DNA of 64,000 nucleotides from Spizellomyces punctatus DAOM BR117 (taxonomy: Eukaryota), in the NCBI GenBank assembly GCA_000182565.2, contig KQ257465.1. One strand, given 5' to 3'. Position 1 is the first letter of the stretch, and the number at the start of each line of letters is the position of its first letter. The notes beneath the pieces were generated by a model. That model was not told the DNA's origin, ran no database searches, and saw nothing but the letters and a program-made list of their open reading frames with translations. A program made the translations under genes and the position numbers. Positions 57,193-64,000 of the stretch are shown here, one piece after another.

Positions 57193-57470
57193 AGATTAGC
57201 GATATCCCATAGACTATAGATGTAGATTAAAAGTGACAACCCTCGTCTTATAGATGTAGAAGTCTGTAGAAACGTGTCCTCTTATACAATGTTTGAAGGG
57301 CTAAAGCCTCGCCGCGTGTTTTGGCTTTTTTCTCACTACTCTGAGACTTTTTCCCTGGGAGAGACTTTGGCTGTTCTGAATTCTACTTACACTTTTTGGC
57401 CCAACAAAAGCACCAGCGACGCACAACCTGCGCTGAATCAAAGCTCGACGAGTGTCTTCACATACTCAAC

Positions 57471-58207
57471 ATGGCCAGACGTCGAAATGGAGGCAACAGA
57501 TGCAGCAGCCCCAGACCAGCTTTCGAGGTATACTACGCAAGCAAGCTTCAAGAATATTTTTGCCTTGTCCATGTTTTGACGTTATTGCCTAAGGATGTTC
57601 CTGATATGCTTTACTGCTACGGCTGCGGGCGGGAGCTACCCCTCAAAGAATATTCGACCAACCAACTCGTGCGACTCAGTAACGCTCGCGACGCAGTTCG
57701 TAGGCAAAGAGAGCTAGACAGGGAGAATGGGGTTTCTGAAGAGACTTATCTGGTCAATCAGTTACGGTGGTTTCAGCCTCTGTGTTTTACTTGTGCTTCG
57801 AAGCAGGTGATAAGAGTTAAATTGGCAGTTCACTGCAGCAGCTACTGATTTGTATGCCATCTTTTGGCTTTTTGTTATAGGTAACGGACATTGTCTGCGT
57901 AATTTGTAACATTCGCAAACCCCTGGACGGGTTCTCAAAATCTCAACGACGGATGGCTGGAAAAGATAACGGTGAGAAAGATCATTTTTAAAGTCGATTC
58001 CCTTCTTGATCGGTCCCTTTACACCAGCTTCCCATCCATGAAACAGGTGCCCGATGCTTGAAATGTACCGTACTTCGTGAAGACCTCGATTGGGTTCCGG
58101 ACGATGCTGACATCAAATATGCCAGTTACCAAGATGAGGACCAAGAAGTGATTCCTAGCGACGAGAGTGGGGATGCGAATGATGGGAATTGCTTGCCCCC
58201 CTTTTGA
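57471..58207 (+). CDS. Stc1-like tandem zinc-finger protein (3 exons)
   Basis: CYGC..YSTNQL..CFTC; CVIC..KPLDGFSKSQRR; RCLKC followed by an acidic tail. Confidence 0.7.
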
Positions 58208-58368
58208 AATTTGACTTTTCCTTTCTGTGGAGATTGAGATTGCATAGTATTTTGTATAGTTTTGAAAGGCTAAAAATGGTGAAATGCAAATGTATATTGA
58301 TTTGGACATGCCTTTGGTTCTTTCACTCTGGGGCAACGATCTTATGTATAAATAAATGATGACTTTGG

Positions 58369-60450
58369 CTATCCTGGGCGCGCAACCTTGGTTTTGGCAG
58401 AGCGTATAAACATTCGAACGTTGGGTACCAGCCCACATTCCTATCGAATGTTATCTTAGCATAAAGAAATAATGACATGCCGATCCAGGGTGCAATGGCC
58501 TACCTCCAATGTCATGTCACCACCATAAACAACACCAGGACCTTGTAACGCGGTCCTCAAATCCCAATCGCGGTCATCTCCGAGGATTTTGGCAACAAGC
58601 GGTAGCATTGCACTCTTGACTTCTTGAACGGTATGCCCACTTTTGGCTCCTATTACAAACTCTGTCTCATCGTCTGGTGCATGCACACGAAGTGTCGTTG
58701 GGCGCTGCTGCAGGTGTGATGAATCAGGTCGGTCAGGGACTTGGATTGTGATGGGTAGGCGATGGGACTGAGGTGTTTGAAGGAGAGATTCAACGTCAGC
58801 GCGGAGATTGAGAATTGCGCCATTGCGGATGATGTATTTGGGAAGACGGGCGAGAAAGGCGTTATTGCTTTGGGTGTAAGATGCTGAATTGATTTCGGTG
58901 CCAACGTCAGTGTTACTTTCTTGTCGTTTTATTGGGGACCTACTTACTACTGCCGGTTGTATGCAAATCATGTATTTGCACAGTTGCAGGTTGCTTTGGG
59001 AGAAATCCGTTAGCTTCTTTTTATGTTTAACTATAACGTTGCTAGTTACCTTATCACCACCACTCTTGTTTTCGCTTGGCGTGGATTTCGCCGGTTCCCA
59101 CACTGTCACAGCTACATTGTTCAAACACTCTTCTCCACCAGACGTTGACTCCTCCTCGTCTAGCTCACTCTCAGAGCTATGTTCCTCTTTTTCACTTGTT
59201 CCGGTTTCCTTATCCGGATCGACTGCATACCCCTTACCGGAGAACGGTACGTACGTTGCCGCAGCAGCTGTATCATACCACTCATCATGACGGTCACGTA
59301 CATCGAAAGGCACTGGACACCCATATTAGTCTCTTTGACATCAGAAATCAGAGTCTGCATCAAAATTGTGTTCCATACCACCATCAGGGTAGCGATGTTT
59401 GAGCTCGTAAGGATAGTACCCATCCACGAGATCGCGCATAAAAAGCTGAGCGGCTGGATCCGTGTAGCGACGAAATGGGCCCGACATGAGCATAAACCCG
59501 TTTCGGTACAAGGTTAGAGGGACTGAGGTCGGGGTCTGGTGAATGTTAAGGAAATCTGAGCCCTTATTTTAGGGGACTCGACGTGCACAGGCTGGAGCAT
59601 ACCTTGAGTCGCCGAGTGCCATGAGCGTCTGAAGTGATGGTTGCTACGCCTTCGCCTGGCATAGTATGTCGTTAAATGCCACTCTTACCGACAAAAGCAA
59701 ACAACGAATAAGAACAAGCTAGCCCACCCGCCATATGATTCAATTCCTTAATAGATGCCATCAACCTCGGAAGATCATACGGGAAAGCCCTCTGATATGA
59801 CGGTTTTGGAATGTTGACAGTCTGCCCCGTCCTCTGCTCAATATTGATTTCGTTCGTATCACCTTCATCTGCGATATCGGACTTCCAAATCATGTTTTGA
59901 CGGTGGAGGAAGGCTTCCATTTCAGTTACTCGAGCTTGTAACATGGCGCAACGCAGTTCAAGTGCCTGTGTCTGGTGATTAAAAAAGATTTGTGAGCTGC
60001 TCTCGCTCTATTGGAATTAGGTCATACTGGGCTCAGACCTTATCATCATCCGCCCGTTGACTTTGAGCCTTCTCCCATTTCAAATCCGCTTCCAGTTTCT
60101 CTATTCTCGCATCCTGACCCATTCCATGTCAGAAAGCTTTAAAAAGCTTTGTCATAGACAATTCGATAGGTTTGCCAGCTAACCTTGATCTGTATCTCAG
60201 TTCTAGCCTTTTTCAATTCACCCTCAAGCTTGTTCAGCCGCGATGCCATGGACGTCACGAGGCCCATACCCGAGTCGAGAGGCTTATAAGATGATGTACT
60301 ACTTGGTGAGTTTGTGCGTATAGGTTCGAGTTGAAGGGGACGAGATGATGTTGTTGATGCTTGGATGAGGGAGATGTGAGTCCCCGGTTTGTGAACAGAT
60401 GAAATAGTGTTTGTCCTACACATGTCGGCTATGAGGCGTTCGGAGGGCAA
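58369..60450 (-). CDS. UBXN11-like protein (coiled coil, SEP, UBX), multi-exon; start uncertain
   Basis: FMRDLVDGYYPYELKHRYPDG.PFDVRDR, FLARLPKYIIRNG, C-terminal TLEECGLVPN. Confidence 0.7.
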
Positions 60451-61215
60451 GAGAGAAGGTACAAGATCGGCTGTAGATCTATAAAAATATGGTTTTTATC
60501 AGTGATCAAAGCTTTCTGATAAAGTTCATCCAGTTTCACTCAAGCGCAAGTGCTGCAAAGCCCCACCTACTCCAAGACTTTCCAGACCCCTGACGACTTG
60601 CACTTGCAGGTCGACTCCCTCCCAGACTCCCGGATCGATGTCTACTAAATTGCGGTGGGGGATGATGAGATGGTGGATGGGGTTGACGGGCATGCTGTCC
60701 AGAAGACGGGGCAGATATGTCCCAGTCGGGTGTAAATGCTGGTGGTTCAGATACACGGTCTCGTCGCGGATCTGATGGGAATATGGGATGCTGCGGGTGG
60801 GTCAATGGAATGCGATGATTTTTATCTTTTTTTGAACCGTTGACTGGAGGAGGAAGAGACATATTTGCCCAGTACCGCCAGGCAATGGGAACGGATCGAG
60901 TACATGCTGGCCAAAAGATTAGCTTAGTCATCATAGCCACGTGACTGACACGCCCATAGGCCTCACTGACTTTTGCAGCAAGTATTACCACAGAGGTACG
61001 TACATTCACAAAAAGCGACTTCATACAGCGAGCTATACATAGGGCCCATGATACTTTACAACAGCGATATCCCTCCATCCCTACTTCTCTTGGATAGGAG
61101 AGTGGCTACCATAAATGCAACAAATCCACCCAGAAATGGTGATGTTCACCCACGAATGATAGAAACCTTTTCGTCAAGCAACGAGCCAGAAAAACGAATA
61201 CCCGAGACGTCATTC

Positions 61216-64000
61216 TCACATGTACCACCTTTAAAAATGATAGAGTTAAATATGGAAAGCCCTTAAACGGAAGTACCAACTTACATTAATTTGAACAGCT
61301 CCGGCTTGAGGGGCCTGTACTCTGCTCCACCACCATCACTGATACTCTCCGAGTCAGACCATTTGGATTCCTGGGAATGGTACCGAGCCCTCGACGCAAC
61401 GATATTGGCATAATAAACGGGAGTGACGATGGAAACGGCGCGAGTAGAGCGAGCGTAAATATACGCGAGCTTGTAAGTCATTTCTTGGATCGTATCGCTC
61501 GTGAGGTGGTTTTCATCAAAGAGAACGACTGGGAATAAACATTTAAGTTTTGGATATCAATGGATAAAAAGAAGAAGCTTTTTTTTTTTTTGCAAACTTA
61601 CAATAATGACACGGTTTGGAAGTGCCATGTAATCCAGGATGGCTCATCAAAAAGAAATCAAATTCATGTGGATGGCATATTTCGGATTCGACCACTGTGC
61701 CGGGCAAACAATTTCCGCTTTTATCAGTATCGTTCTTGTCCATGGGGAAGAAACGGGTGTGATGGCGTTTCTGAACGACAACATAGGTGATTGTTGGGCG
61801 GTAGTGTCGTTCGAGGACATGGCATGCGCGTCGGATGCAGTTTATTTCAGAGGTCATGGTATCGCCGAATTGGCCTTCCGAGACACCGTCGCGGTAAAAG
61901 ATGATGCGATGGGGTTTCGTGTTGGTTGTTTGGTAAAACTATGTCATGGTTAGAGGTGGTGCGGTATGGCATGATAGAGAATATAAAGTGTGACACTTAC
62001 ATTTTTGAGCAACTCGATAATCATTCCCGGCATTTCCTCTTTATAGACATCTTTTGTAGGCTTGACGCGGACCGATGCGGCGTACCTCGTTACATTGGCG
62101 TCCATGGAGGCCACAAGGGAAATAACGGAGGGCTTGTTGCGTCCTTCAGTTGGCGATGCGTGAGTTACATCCGCACTAAACCGATAAAGTAATGTCAGAT
62201 TCATGCACGAGCACGAGCTTGGACAATGATGGAAAATGAGTACCCAATAATGATCGTCGGTGCTCCTTTAATGAACGGCAGCTCGTCTTTCAACATGGAT
62301 AGATTGGTCCCTCCGAGCTTGACATTAAGTTTCAAGGCGACATTCAAACAGTATCTACATGCAAAGCACTTTCAGCAAAAATGGGACGCGGCAATAAAAC
62401 CCAGCATAAACTTACTGTTTCCTCGCATCCATCACATGTCGATGTTGAAGACACTGTGTGGGAATCCCAAGAACGGTATCAGAAACACGCTTGATATCTG
62501 CATAGAGAGGGACACCCGTATTGGGCAGGACACAGAAAATGAGTTGAGGACGGAGGTTTGGATACTTGTCCTTTGCTTCCAGGAAGGCGGCTTTGAGGGC
62601 GCCTTCGACGTATCCGGCGGGGTTGGCGTAAATGCAGGGTACGTTGAATGTTGGCATGGATAGGCCGACTTCCTAATGTGTATGTGAGTGCGGTTTGAGA
62701 TTGGTGAGCGAATGTTAGGGATATAGGCTGGGTCTTACCTGACAGGTACTTTGCATCACTTTGAAAAAGTTGAAGCGAACAGCGTCCGGACATTCACTTT
62801 CACGCAAAAAGATGACGATGGCCCATGATTCAAGTTGCTTTGGCTATAAAGTTTTGGACATGCTGGTTTTTAGAATATCCTTTTCGCAACAATCTTCGAA
62901 AAAAACAAACCCATTGATATAAAAAGCATTACCTGCTTGAACTTCTTTCCCTTCCAATTCCACGCCCCCTCTTTCGGGACTTCCATGACATTGTTTCCAA
63001 AGATCAACTTGGGAGTCTTGAGGACCCTAGCTGGAACGATACAAACATCCTTGCCAGCCTTCATACCAAATTCCTCCAGATACTCATTATCCGCATACCC
63101 AAATTCCGTGATCCCCCTCGAAATGCGATTAAACCTTTGATAAGGAGCCAGACAGGTTTGTCGGATCATTTCTGTTGTTTGGCGTTCATTGAGTTTCCGG
63201 GTGTGCCGTTGGCCTGGGAGGATGGAGACTACTTCCATGGGGAGGTACATGTTTTTGGAGGGGTCGCCGACGATGAGCACTGGGAGCATTGGAAAGCGAA
63301 GGGGTCTGTTGTACTGATTGTGAAAGTAGTCTGCAACGGTCGTTGGAACGTTGTTGATATTGAAGCGAGTGTTCACGGCCGAGTCTATAGTGGAAATAGA
63401 GAGAAATTAGAGAATGTGATTGTTAGATTATGCGACAAATCATCAAGTTACATACCACCCAAACTAGCAATCTTAAACTTTTTCCTATCGGGGCCCCGAT
63501 GAACAGTAACAACTCTCACACCCTTGAGCGTCTTTTCCAAACGACTCTTATCCCTCTCCGTTAGTCCCTTTTCAAGCATCCCGACATCACTCAATCCCAA
63601 AATGTTGGAAACAATCTCAAGCAAAGGACCAGACTGATAAAACGCTGTAGACGAGACGTCCAAGTTGATCTTCATCTCGTTACCAGCGGGACGTATGGAT
63701 TGATGATATCCAGGCCAGACTTCGGCACCAAAACCAAGGCAGTGAGATCCTGTGTTGGTGTAAAAGCTTCTGCCGACGGATACGTGGGTCGGGGCACAAC
63801 ATTGGCGAAGAAGGATATCCAGAGTCATTATGGCGTCGTAGGGTGTAACGGCCATTTCTCCAGCAAGGAAATCTTGGAGGTTGGACATGTCAATCGTGGC
63901 CACCTAGTTCAAAGTTGTTAAAAAAAAGGGTATCAAGGAATAGTAAATAAATGTGGTAAAAACTCGTTTTACCTTTTTGACTCGCATTTTGATTGTCCGA
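61216..64000 (-). CDS. Argonaute (PAZ-MID-PIWI), 5' part outside the window
   Basis: [43 protein letters not shown]; final exon ..MWYM*. Confidence 0.95.

Overview
Intron-containing fungal genomic DNA, probably from a chytrid (inferred from close resemblance to Spizellomyces punctatus Fanzor, recalled from memory). Host genes flank a 31-kb nest of mobile DNA (13723-44869). Left flank: p22phox-like gene, NADPH oxidase, a secreted protein, ADE2, an Alb1-like gene and a hybrid histidine kinase. Right flank: SET methyltransferase, YOP1, OCRL-like phosphatase, 5'-nucleotidase, Stc1-like, UBXN11-like and Argonaute. The outer element is a ~2.1-kb Fanzor1 transposon with 33-bp TIRs and an intact omega-RNA scaffold, and its ORF is split into three. 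The first insertion is a 3'-truncated Ty3/Gypsy LTR retrotransposon (14549-~19139). The second is a 24.4-kb endogenous Polinton-like dsDNA virus (19628-44072; 5-bp TSD CCGCC; ~1.43-kb TIRs). The virus encodes candidate major and minor capsid proteins, a packaging ATPase, a fibre, an rve integrase with chromodomain, a D5-like helicase and a PolA-like (TVpol)-helicase fusion, but no recognisable protein-primed PolB. Most notable: both viral ends are a perfect 48-bp palindrome and the virus carries a divergent tyrosine-recombinase-like gene, which suggests a hairpin-ended linear genome integrated by off-centre hairpin opening. It also carries a receiver-domain gene and an inverted iteron array between its two helicases. 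All homology calls are by eye; no searches were run.
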